Origin: a virus | Taxonomy: Duplodnaviria; Caudoviricetes | Reading direction: 5' to 3' (one strand) | Virus record (IMG/VR): IMGVR_UViG_3300033145_001062 | Location: 1-57,433 of that record | Length of the DNA stretch: 57,433 bases | Part shown: positions 8,148 through 15,791 of the stretch, one piece after another | Numbering within the stretch: position 1 is the stretch's first letter | How the letters are laid out: each line of letters begins with the position of its first letter | Program-made: the position numbers and the translations under genes | Notes under the pieces: generated by a model | What the model was told of the DNA's origin: nothing | What the model saw: only the letters and a program-made list of their open reading frames with translations | Databases searched by the model: none

Positions 8148-8779
8148 TTAACCAAACCTCCCGCATAATATTTGTTCTTTCGTAAGTTATCTTTCGCCCA
8201 TAATGGTTGAAGATTATCTAATGCCCAACATTGTCGAAACTCTTTATCCTTATAAGAATCAAAATCAAAACTAAAAATGGGTCTAATATGGTCTATATGC
8301 CATTTTCCCTGATTATCCCAAGTCATCCCTTCTTTAAATTGTGATTCTAAGTGTTGTATTAAATTATCCAAGGTGTATCCAACTAATTTCTCCCAATGAT
8401 ATCCATTTTTATTTCTTTTTAGAGATTGTCGCATAAGGGTACTAATGGCATTACTTAGTTTATTTCTGGGATTTTTAAGAAATTCTTTATAACGGCTGTT
8501 GATTTCATCTCTATGGCGTTCTCGATAAGTTACTTGATATTGTTTCGCTTTCTTTGGATTATTTTCTCTCCATTTTTGATTTTTCTTATTAACTCGATCT
8601 GGATTGTCTTTGGCATATTTAATTACTCTTTGGATGATGTGTTCTTGATGCTTGAGATAATAGCTTCTCTTCTGCTCTTTGACTGCCTCTAGATTATCTA
8701 AACGATATTGCTTACATTGCTCATTCTCTTTTTTTTTATTCTTTAAATAACGTTTTCTTCTAGATTCTTTATTTTCCAT
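8144..8779 (-). CDS. HNH-type homing endonuclease
   Basis: WHIDHIRP...CWALDNLQPLWAKDNLRK. Confidence 0.85.
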   Translation of the reverse strand: MENKESRRKRYLKNKKKENEQCKQYRLDNLEAVKEQKRSYYLKHQEHIIQRVIKYAKDNPDRVNKKNQKWRENNPKKAKQYQVTYRERHRDEINSRYKEFLKNPRNKLSNAISTLMRQSLKRNKNGYHWEKLVGYTLDNLIQHLESQFKEGMTWDNQGKWHIDHIRPIFSFDFDSYKDKEFRQCWALDNLQPLWAKDNLRKNKYYAGGLVK

Positions 8780-9770
8780 TTAGCTGCCTCGCCATTTCAC
8801 CAGCATATTTTAGCATATCTCTATAGTCAAACGGATCGTCATTTTTCAAGCCCGGAAACATCGAAGAGTCCCTAAAGCCATAGTAGGTGACTGCTTGAAT
8901 GTCACATTTAAAAGCAAGATTCATAATCTGCTTAGTTCGGGCAAGGCTCATCCCGGAGCGAAAGGCAAAGAATTCATTGAAGACCACTGGTTTCCCCCTT
9001 CGCACATCTTCTCTGAATGAGGCTTCTTGCCAAGCTCGGTGATGGCTATTAATATCCAAGCCATTATATAGATTATGGAAATCAATTGATTGCCTCAATC
9101 CCTTGAGACCACTCCATGCCCCACCGCTTATAATGCAACCCTGGTGTTTTAACCATTTAGCTACATCTATAGCCATTTCTACATTCTTTGGTTCATCAAG
9201 AAATTCATTATTGATATCAAAAAATACATTACCCAACTTAGCCAGCTCTCCCATTTCATCTAATTCAACTAATAATCCCTTTGATTTTTTGTGTGCTCTA
9301 AACACAGTCACCTCAACTATAATTCCAGCATCTTTCATCCGCTTGCAATGGTTATAAAGAAGATTGGTATTCCTAATCCCTCCATGCCTGACATAGTTTA
9401 TGCCCGACTCTATAAGTTTATTTTCATACCACTCAAGGCTGTACTGCCCCCAGTCATATGGATAGCCATGTTCACCCGTTGCCCGCCATAGGGCTTCCCA
9501 GCGGGATACACCACAGAGCTTAATGGGGCTTCCGCCATATAATATCTTGCCATTCTCAACTGTAAGCTTTTTGTCGGGAGTGGGGTTGGGATCAGGTTCT
9601 CCCTTGCATTCCCTAAGGTCATCCTCACAATCTGTAAGACGTCTTCCGCATTCGTTAAGTTCTTCCTTACAGCTCTGATATTTGTTTCTCCATATATTCC
9701 TTAAATGTCGCATATCCAAATATTTCTCTTTCCATTCTAAAGCTCGTTTTTTCCACCACGCCTTCGTCAT
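8769..9770 (-). CDS. Coiled-coil plus GH-A/GH5-like domain protein (paralog of 23228..24163)
   Basis: SGINYVRHG, NVFFDINNEF and KPVVFNEF motifs; PDPNPTP linker. Confidence 0.6.
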   Translation of the reverse strand: MTKAWWKKRALEWKEKYLDMRHLRNIWRNKYQSCKEELNECGRRLTDCEDDLRECKGEPDPNPTPDKKLTVENGKILYGGSPIKLCGVSRWEALWRATGEHGYPYDWGQYSLEWYENKLIESGINYVRHGGIRNTNLLYNHCKRMKDAGIIVEVTVFRAHKKSKGLLVELDEMGELAKLGNVFFDINNEFLDEPKNVEMAIDVAKWLKHQGCIISGGAWSGLKGLRQSIDFHNLYNGLDINSHHRAWQEASFREDVRRGKPVVFNEFFAFRSGMSLARTKQIMNLAFKCDIQAVTYYGFRDSSMFPGLKNDDPFDYRDMLKYAGEMARQLNGK

Positions 9771-10225
9771 TTTACCCTCCTTTTGTTTTCCATATGTCTT
9801 TTAGTAATATTTTCTACTATTTCTATAAACCTACAATTACCAAACACATAGTGTCTATCGGTATAAATCCGGTCAATAGATGGTCGCACCATTTCAGAAG
9901 CGTTATCTCTGAGGTATAGAGTCCTAACCTCATCCTTTGTGAGCTTAAACTGTATACCTTTGCCACCGTAATATCTATAGTCTTTATTATTGGGATTATT
10001 ACAACGCTGTTCTGCAAGGTGATGATGATTTTCCCATGGATTCTCTGCACGATATTCTCTTATGTATACTTTTCTTTCTTCTTTATGGTCAGCGTTATAT
10101 TTTTTCTGCTTTTCCAATATCTCTTTTCTGTTGGCAATATACCATATTTTTTCCCGTTCCTTTATTTTCTTTCTGTTTTTAATGTAATATTTTCTATCGT
10201 ACTCTTTTTTTTCTGCTTTATTCAT
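9767..10225 (-). CDS. HNH-like endonuclease
   Basis: QRCNNPNNKDYRYYGGKGI...SIDRI...Y..GNCRF. Confidence 0.75.
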   Translation of the reverse strand: MNKAEKKEYDRKYYIKNRKKIKEREKIWYIANRKEILEKQKKYNADHKEERKVYIREYRAENPWENHHHLAEQRCNNPNNKDYRYYGGKGIQFKLTKDEVRTLYLRDNASEMVRPSIDRIYTDRHYVFGNCRFIEIVENITKRHMENKRRVK

Positions 10226-10272
10226 TTTATCCTTCTGTTATTTTAACGTTAGAAAATATAATAATCAGGATT

Positions 10273-10536
10273 TTATCTCCTCTTTTTTACTCGCCATGAC
10301 TCTACATAGCGCACACGTTTTTGCTCTAAATTATAATTCCAATATCTGTCTCCAAATACGAGTATTTTTATTCGTCCCCCATCCATTTCTTTAAGCGGTA
10401 TACAAGGCATCGTATATTCCAAACAATTATGCCCTAGACAATGCCTACAGCTTAGAATATGGGTACAATCCGTCCTTTTCCAATGTTCCTTATTCATCTT
10501 ATCCTCCTGTCGGAAATTCTTGTATAAGTTTCTCAC
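10273..10536 (-). CDS. Hypothetical protein (start probably MNKEH, near 10497)
   Basis: ORF track; AGGAGG SD before the internal Met. Confidence 0.6.
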   Translation of the reverse strand: MRNLYKNFRQEDKMNKEHWKRTDCTHILSCRHCLGHNCLEYTMPCIPLKEMDGGRIKILVFGDRYWNYNLEQKRVRYVESWRVKKRR

Positions 10537-11119
10537 CCCAGATTTCCTTGAGATTGTTTTTTAGGTGTATTTTCTTATGGCACTTTTTACATAATGTAAG
10601 CCCATTATTAACATCAAAAATTAATTCTAAATTTTTATTTTTGATGCAATCACTCACAAAAATAATATGATGGGCTTCCAGTATATTTCCTTTATAAAAT
10701 CCGCAATTTTGACAGATATAGCCGTCTCTCTTGAATACAGATTCACGCCACGATGCATATTTCTTTAAACCTCTTATTTTTATAATTAGGGCAGTAGTTC
10801 CACCCCTCCAACATGGATTATTTTTTCCATTTAGATTTTCAGTTTGCCACAAGCCTTTGCATTTTCTTGAACAAAATTTTTTATCCTTCTTGTGTGGTTC
10901 GGCTTGAAATTTTACCTTACAAAACAAACATTCTTTTTGTATCTTGCCACCTTTCCATGCGGGATTGTCTGCCCCTAACATTTTGCCTGTTTTCCCTTCA
11001 CTTATTTTTACTCCCCACGTAACCTTTCTTCCCTTTTTTATCCATGTATTTTTCCTTCCCTTTAAAGCTCTGCTCATTTTTTCTTTATGTTCTTGTGTTC
11101 TTACATAATATCCAGCCAT
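10499..11119 (-). CDS. HNH homing endonuclease with NUMOD3-like and Zn-finger N-terminus
   Basis: EHKEKMSRALKG, CLFC..FCSRKC, RDGYICQNCG..LEAHHI..NGLTLCKKCH. ATG at 11119 chosen over TTG at 11200. Confidence 0.85.
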   Translation of the reverse strand: MAGYYVRTQEHKEKMSRALKGRKNTWIKKGRKVTWGVKISEGKTGKMLGADNPAWKGGKIQKECLFCKVKFQAEPHKKDKKFCSRKCKGLWQTENLNGKNNPCWRGGTTALIIKIRGLKKYASWRESVFKRDGYICQNCGFYKGNILEAHHIIFVSDCIKNKNLELIFDVNNGLTLCKKCHKKIHLKNNLKEIWGEKLIQEFPTGG

Positions 11120-11124
11120 ATTAA

Positions 11125-11228
11125 AAATAAAACCCCCGTTCAGCAATGGATAGCACAAGGCAGAATTGACTTGCATGCCTAATAGGGGGTTTTTTCTCAA
11201 GCTAAATTTCCTACCATTATACTATCCA
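11125..11228 (-). ncRNA. Structured leader / attenuator-like RNA E2
   Basis: 11209-11228 pairs with 11147-11165 (G-U wobbles, one bulge). Competing stem 11185-11193 with 11129-11137 plus U-tract. Confidence 0.7.
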
Positions 11229-11233
11229 AATAT

Positions 11234-11262
11234 ATTATATAATTTCCATATCATATTGTCAA
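11234..11262 (-). promoter_or_regulatory. Consensus sigma70 promoter
   Basis: TTGACA-17-TATAAT. Confidence 0.88.
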
Positions 11263-11918
11263 TCTCTTGGCCATTCTTGTATCAAAGGGCCTAAAACTGG
11301 CCCCCATATTTTAGCTAAATTATTCTTTAAAAAAACCGGAATCCCTGCATTTTGGCAAAAGCCAACAATAGCCTTAATCCATTCTATTTGCGGGTCATAT
11401 TTCTTTCCGTAGCCGGATAATTTTCCAACGATCGCCCAATTAACACATTTTGGAATGCTCCATCCTGGCGGAAGTGGATTGCTAAATAGTGGTTCCCATG
11501 AAATGAATTTAATTTTAGCCTTTATCCTATGAAGATAACTCATCCTTTCTTGGTCACCCATGCCCGTAATACTCACCCCCAAATGCACATTATCCGGCAT
11601 AGGTCGGTCAATATTCTCAGGCATTTTAGTTAGGATTTGGAAGGTGTGTTGGGGAAAATCCTCCATTCTCTTAAATATCTTATCCCTCCAATCCTTTGGA
11701 ATCCAGCTCCCGAATAATTCATGGGTCGAGCAGAGAAATATCTTCCTGGGAGACTTTGGAAGCCTATCGAAAGCTGATAATTCAAGTCGAATAGGCTCAG
11801 ATAATCGCCCCATTTTATACATCGGAAGGGTATAGCAATACCAACATCCTCCCTTGCATTTACCCTTTATCGGATTACATGTTTTATCTGTCCAGCCAAT
11901 TGATTCTTTTAAGCTCAT
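11259..11918 (-). CDS. DUF5131 / phage Gp37-Gp68 family protein
   Basis: IGWTDKTCNP..C..GC.YCY, HTFQILTK, FISWEPL, GIPVFLK. Confidence 0.88.
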   Translation of the reverse strand: MSLKESIGWTDKTCNPIKGKCKGGCWYCYTLPMYKMGRLSEPIRLELSAFDRLPKSPRKIFLCSTHELFGSWIPKDWRDKIFKRMEDFPQHTFQILTKMPENIDRPMPDNVHLGVSITGMGDQERMSYLHRIKAKIKFISWEPLFSNPLPPGWSIPKCVNWAIVGKLSGYGKKYDPQIEWIKAIVGFCQNAGIPVFLKNNLAKIWGPVLGPLIQEWPRD

Positions 11919-11919
11919 T

Positions 11920-12096
11920 TTACCCTCCTATTATTTTCTCATATTTTAGCTTGATTGTTTTTTCCGGTACAAATTCAAGATTTAAACATTCCGCCATAGC
12001 CTCAAGCCGATTATATAAATCCTCCCTATCCCTTTCCAACTGGATTACCTGATTTTTTAAATTATCTATCATGTCTTCTAGCTCTGATTTTCTCAT
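11920..12096 (-). CDS. Hypothetical 58-aa coiled-coil protein
   Basis: Hand translation MRKSELEDMIDNLKNQ... Confidence 0.55.
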   Translation of the reverse strand: MRKSELEDMIDNLKNQVIQLERDREDLYNRLEAMAECLNLEFVPEKTIKLKYEKIIGG

Positions 12097-12105
12097 TTTA
12101 ATCCC

Positions 12106-12594
12106 TCATTTTTCTCTATCTTCGAATTCATTTATTCCCCAAGCTAAAATACAAACCGCATCCGCCTCGTCATCTGAAATTATCTCTCTCCCTGGACTTC
12201 TTTTCTGATTCTTAAATATTTTATTAGCAGCTTTTATCATATCTTTTTTACTTGCCTTACCTGAACCGGTTATAAATTTCTTTACCGCTCCGGAGTGGAC
12301 TTTCATATAATCTGTTTTTAATATACTGCATATTTCTTCTATCCTTGATGTTAGCCCGACTTGTATTTGAGTAGCAGCGCCACCCCTTAAATGGCTCATT
12401 TCATAAATTATCAAATCCGGTTTAATCCTTTTTATTATTCTATCTAACCAGGTCCGGAAATATAAATATCGCATCCCCGGACTCTCCCCCCGCCTTGTTC
12501 TAAATGTCTGTACTCCAGATTCAATGCGATTCATATCGTTAAAAAAAACAGCCCATCCTGTAGATAATCCTGGATCAATTGCGAATATTTTCAT
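12106..12594 (-). CDS. ruvC: RuvC-like Holliday junction resolvase
   Basis: AIDPG..TGWA, IIYE, VKKFITGSGKASK, DEADA. Confidence 0.9.
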   Translation of the reverse strand: MKIFAIDPGLSTGWAVFFNDMNRIESGVQTFRTRRGESPGMRYLYFRTWLDRIIKRIKPDLIIYEMSHLRGGAATQIQVGLTSRIEEICSILKTDYMKVHSGAVKKFITGSGKASKKDMIKAANKIFKNQKRSPGREIISDDEADAVCILAWGINEFEDREK

Positions 12595-12598
12595 TTAT

Positions 12599-13267
12599 TC
12601 ACCTCAAATATAATTGATTATTATTACTATTTTCTCGATAATCCATTATTTTAGCTTGCTTGCTTTGATTACAATAAGCACAGAGAATTTGAAGATTATT
12701 ATAATCATTACTTCCGCCTCGACTTATGGGCACGATATGATCTATGTGGAAACCATTCTCGCAATGCTCATAATGCCCATCTTCCTTTTTGCCATTTATA
12801 TTTTCGCAGGTTATGACCCCGTACTTGAAAATATTGGCATTGATTACTCTATCGATTACACCTTTTCTTACTCGCCCATTAGCCCTTCTTTTTATATGAG
12901 CTTGCCTGTTGTTTAACTTACCCTTAAATGACTGCCGATATTCTCTTATTTTTTCTTTATTTTCACCATAATATTTTTTACTATACGCCTTTATTTTCTC
13001 TGGATTTTCAACCCGGTATTTCTCAACATGTGCTTTCACCTTTTCTTTATTTTCAAGATAATATTTTCTATTACACTTCTTTATGCTTTCTTTATTCTCA
13101 AGCCTATATTTAATTCTTTTTCCTGAATTTTCAGCCCGGTATTTTTTATGGCGTGCCTTTATCTTCTCTTTATTCTCAAGCCAATATTTCTGACAGTAAC
13201 ATTTTTTACACATCCCTTTAGCACAATGTTCTTTAAGTTCTCCACATTCCTTACAAATTTTTTTCAT
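12599..13267 (-). CDS. HNH homing endonuclease (paralog of 1452..2147)
   Basis: FHIDHIVP..GGSNDYNNLQILCAYCN. Start MKKICKEC at 13267 chosen by analogy with the paralog. Confidence 0.9.
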   Translation of the reverse strand: MKKICKECGELKEHCAKGMCKKCYCQKYWLENKEKIKARHKKYRAENSGKRIKYRLENKESIKKCNRKYYLENKEKVKAHVEKYRVENPEKIKAYSKKYYGENKEKIREYRQSFKGKLNNRQAHIKRRANGRVRKGVIDRVINANIFKYGVITCENINGKKEDGHYEHCENGFHIDHIVPISRGGSNDYNNLQILCAYCNQSKQAKIMDYRENSNNNQLYLR

Positions 13268-13279
13268 AATTATCCCAAT

Positions 13280-13382
13280 ATAAAAAAGCCTGTTCACAGC
13301 TGAGACACTGGAATTGCTCTGGATTGAGCAAGACAGATACTATAAACAGGCTTTTATTTGCTTTCATTTATCCAGCGTCTCA
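13280..13382 (-). ncRNA. Structured leader / attenuator-like RNA E3
   Basis: 13371-13382 pairs with 13301-13312 (one G-U). Stem 13345-13355 with 13284-13294 plus U-tract. Inner hairpin 13314-13331. Confidence 0.7.
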
Positions 13383-13389
13383 TAATAAT

Positions 13390-13418
13390 ATTCTATAAAA
13401 ATCTAATACAAAAGTCAA
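13390..13418 (-). promoter_or_regulatory. Sigma70 promoter
   Basis: TTGACT-17-TAGAAT. Confidence 0.75.
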
Positions 13419-13518
13419 GTGATTTTATCATTTTTTTCTGAATTATCCATCAATCGTTAAAATATTCAATTTAGCCTCCTATACACTATTTTAAGCGGGA
13501 ATATTTTATTCATTTTAC

Positions 13519-13734
13519 TTATTCCCTTTCAAGCTCCATAAAAGCATTATCAAATTCTGATAAAAGACGAATCCTCATATCTTCTAATGTTCTTCTAAGC
13601 ATATATTTAATTTCTCTGGAGCCTTTTTCTGATAAATAATCAGAAGCAAAATCATTTCTTGCTCTAAATTCTAAAGTTGAAACTCCTGGAAATTTTTCAT
13701 GTAAATATTTACTTTTGAATGATTTTGTGCTCAT
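13519..13734 (-). CDS. Hypothetical protein
   Basis: ORF track; AGGGAG SD. Confidence 0.6.
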   Translation of the reverse strand: MSTKSFKSKYLHEKFPGVSTLEFRARNDFASDYLSEKGSREIKYMLRRTLEDMRIRLLSEFDNAFMELERE

Positions 13735-13891
13735 TTTATTCTCCCTTAATTACTCTTTTTATTTTTAAAATAATCATTTATTAAACAAATATAAGCAACC
13801 CCAGACATAAAACCAATCAAAGAGTTTGGTATTATCTTTAATCCATGTAATATCATTTGAAGAAAAATAATAATAATAAACAATGCAATTC

Positions 13892-14176
13892 TCATTTCAT
13901 AACCTCTTCTTTAAGGATTCTATCCCAATAAAAATTACCAATATGCTTTTTACTCAAAGCCCTTGCATACCAAAATCCACCAATAAACCCCTTATTTTCT
14001 ATTTTCTTCAATCTTTGATACCAATCATCCTTTGTAGAATATGAAAATTCTACCGTATCTCGATATACTTCAATCATATAAGAAGATAAAACATCTTTTT
14101 CGTATGTATAACTAAATACTCTTTTCCACACAAATTTAATTCTTGCTTTTTTGTACCACCCCTTTCTTTTTCTCAT
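13892..14176 (-). CDS. Hypothetical protein
   Basis: ORF track; GAGG SD. Confidence 0.6.
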   Translation of the reverse strand: MRKRKGWYKKARIKFVWKRVFSYTYEKDVLSSYMIEVYRDTVEFSYSTKDDWYQRLKKIENKGFIGGFWYARALSKKHIGNFYWDRILKEEVMK

Positions 14177-14177
14177 T

Positions 14178-14942
14178 TTATAACCTCACTTTATATTTAA
14201 AATCCTTATGCTCCCTCCACTTATCAGATCGCAGCCAGGTTGAAGCATATTTTTTCCTTTTATCGAAATTATTAACCAGCCTTTCATGCTTTAAATAATC
14301 AGCCTCCCCCCAAAGTGCTTTTATTAACTCATCTTTAGTTATTTTTTTTCGTAGCGTTTTGAATGCTTTTTTAGCCATCCCTTTGTCCCCTACCGGATTT
14401 TTAGGGTTTCCCATAGCTTTATAACCTTTCCAGAATTCTTCAAATTCTTCTTCTAATTCGGTTTTTTTAGTCGTTGGTTTTTCGGGTATATGTTTTATAT
14501 CTTTATTCTTTATATCTTTATTCTTTATATCTTTATTCTTATAGGCGTCCTTTTTTCCGGCCGGTATGTCCTCATTTCCGGCCATTTCATTAATTATATC
14601 TTTTTTTATCCGTCTTTTATGCCGTTCTGATAGCTGATATTTATTCCATTTAATGATATATAAAACTCCACTTTTCTCTTTCCCTAATTTACCAATCCTT
14701 ATAAATTTATGTATAGCATTCCTTAACTGATCTTCTTTAATTACTAACATTCCAGCAAGTTGAGTTATTAAATACGGCGTATCCTCATTTGCTCTTATAA
14801 ATCCATTATCTTTTGACGCAAGTGCTAATAAATCAATCCATATAGCACGTTCAATAATAGTACATTCAATCCGCATTGAACCAAATATCCATTTATCCGT
14901 CCAGAATGGAAACCATTTCATTTTAGAATCACGTTCTTTCAT
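14178..14942 (-). CDS. Phage replication initiator / replisome organiser
   Basis: N-terminal MKWFPFWTDKW..GSMR...WIDLLALAS; low-complexity linker; C-terminal FEEFWK.Y...A.KAF...YASTWL domain. Confidence 0.75.
   Translation of the reverse strand: MKERDSKMKWFPFWTDKWIFGSMRIECTIIERAIWIDLLALASKDNGFIRANEDTPYLITQLAGMLVIKEDQLRNAIHKFIRIGKLGKEKSGVLYIIKWNKYQLSERHKRRIKKDIINEMAGNEDIPAGKKDAYKNKDIKNKDIKNKDIKHIPEKPTTKKTELEEEFEEFWKGYKAMGNPKNPVGDKGMAKKAFKTLRKKITKDELIKALWGEADYLKHERLVNNFDKRKKYASTWLRSDKWREHKDFKYKVRL
14494..14538. repeat. 3 x 15-bp tandem repeat within the initiator gene (candidate origin iterons)
   Basis: TTTATATCTTTATTC x3, encoding KNKDI repeats. Confidence 0.85.
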
Positions 14943-14945
14943 TTC

Positions 14946-15290
14946 TTAATCCTTTAACTCTATACCTCTAATATTGGCAATTTTTTCCATACATTTTGTA
15001 CATAAGATATCTTTTATATTATAAGTAACCCCACAAATTGTTTTCCATTTTTCATTATCAATCATTTTTAAATCCGGCCACATTTTACCGCATCTTACAC
15101 ATATTGTAGGGTATAATAAAAATGGCTCTCTTTCGTTATCAGAAAGCTTGCAATCACATTGAAGTTTTTGTCCTCCACATTTTGGACATCTTTCCATATC
15201 GCAACCTCGCCAATGCAGCTCACCTTCTTTAACTCCACAATCAGGACAAGTTTGTATTGCTTTTTTTAGCATTTTATCTCTTCCCCCCAA
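14946..15290 (-). CDS. Cys-rich zinc-binding hypothetical protein
   Basis: CPDC..H..GCD.ERCP.CGGQ..CDC and further CxxC pairs. Confidence 0.7.
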   Translation of the reverse strand: MGGRDKMLKKAIQTCPDCGVKEGELHWRGCDMERCPKCGGQKLQCDCKLSDNEREPFLLYPTICVRCGKMWPDLKMIDNEKWKTICGVTYNIKDILCTKCMEKIANIRGIELKD

Positions 15291-15294
15291 TATA

Positions 15295-15370
15295 TAAAAA
15301 GCCCGCCTCCAACTAAGACATCAGGGATCGCTCTGGATAGAGCAAGTTGAATACCAGTAACGGGCTTATT
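15295..15370 (-). ncRNA. Structured element E4 (paralog of E3/E5, lacking its own promoter)
   Basis: Stem 15361-15367 with 15299-15305 plus U-tract. Inner GCTCT-GGAT-AGAGC hairpin resembles E3. Confidence 0.6.
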
Positions 15371-15377
15371 TTATTGT

Positions 15378-15632
15378 TCATTTTTCATTTCTTCCCGTAA
15401 AAGCATTTTTCCAGCAATTTAAACTAATCGGATGCTGGGTTGCCCCACTATGAACAAAGACCCAAACCTTACCAAAAAACAAGACTTTCAATCTTTCAAC
15501 AAAGGTCACTTTCCAACAGCTTAAGCAACTTGCTCCATCTGTATAAATAGGCAACGCTCCGCATTCTTCGTCTGCCATGCTATTTGGTTTCATCAGTGTT
15601 TGATTTGATTCTTTAAATTCTATTGGCTTCAT
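15378..15632 (-). CDS. Hypothetical phage protein
   Basis: ORF track; AGGGAG SD. Confidence 0.7.
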   Translation of the reverse strand: MKPIEFKESNQTLMKPNSMADEECGALPIYTDGASCLSCWKVTFVERLKVLFFGKVWVFVHSGATQHPISLNCWKNAFTGRNEK

Positions 15633-15647
15633 TTATTTCTCCCTAAA

Positions 15648-15754
15648 ATAAAAAAAGCCCGCCTGCAGCTGAGCCACCAAGTCTGCCGATATGGCAGAAA
15701 AGATTGGACTACAAGACGGGCTTTATTGTTATTTCTCATTTTCTTGGTAGCTCA
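15648..15754 (-). ncRNA. Structured leader / attenuator-like RNA E5
   Basis: 15743-15754 pairs with 15670-15681 (one U-G). Stem 15715-15724 with 15654-15663 plus U-tract. Inner hairpin 15682-15698. Confidence 0.7.
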
Positions 15755-15761
15755 TACTCAT

Positions 15762-15790
15762 ATACTATAAAATCCAATATCATTTGTCAA
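15762..15790 (-). promoter_or_regulatory. Sigma70 promoter
   Basis: TTGACA-17-TAGTAT. Confidence 0.7.
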
Positions 15791-15791
15791 G

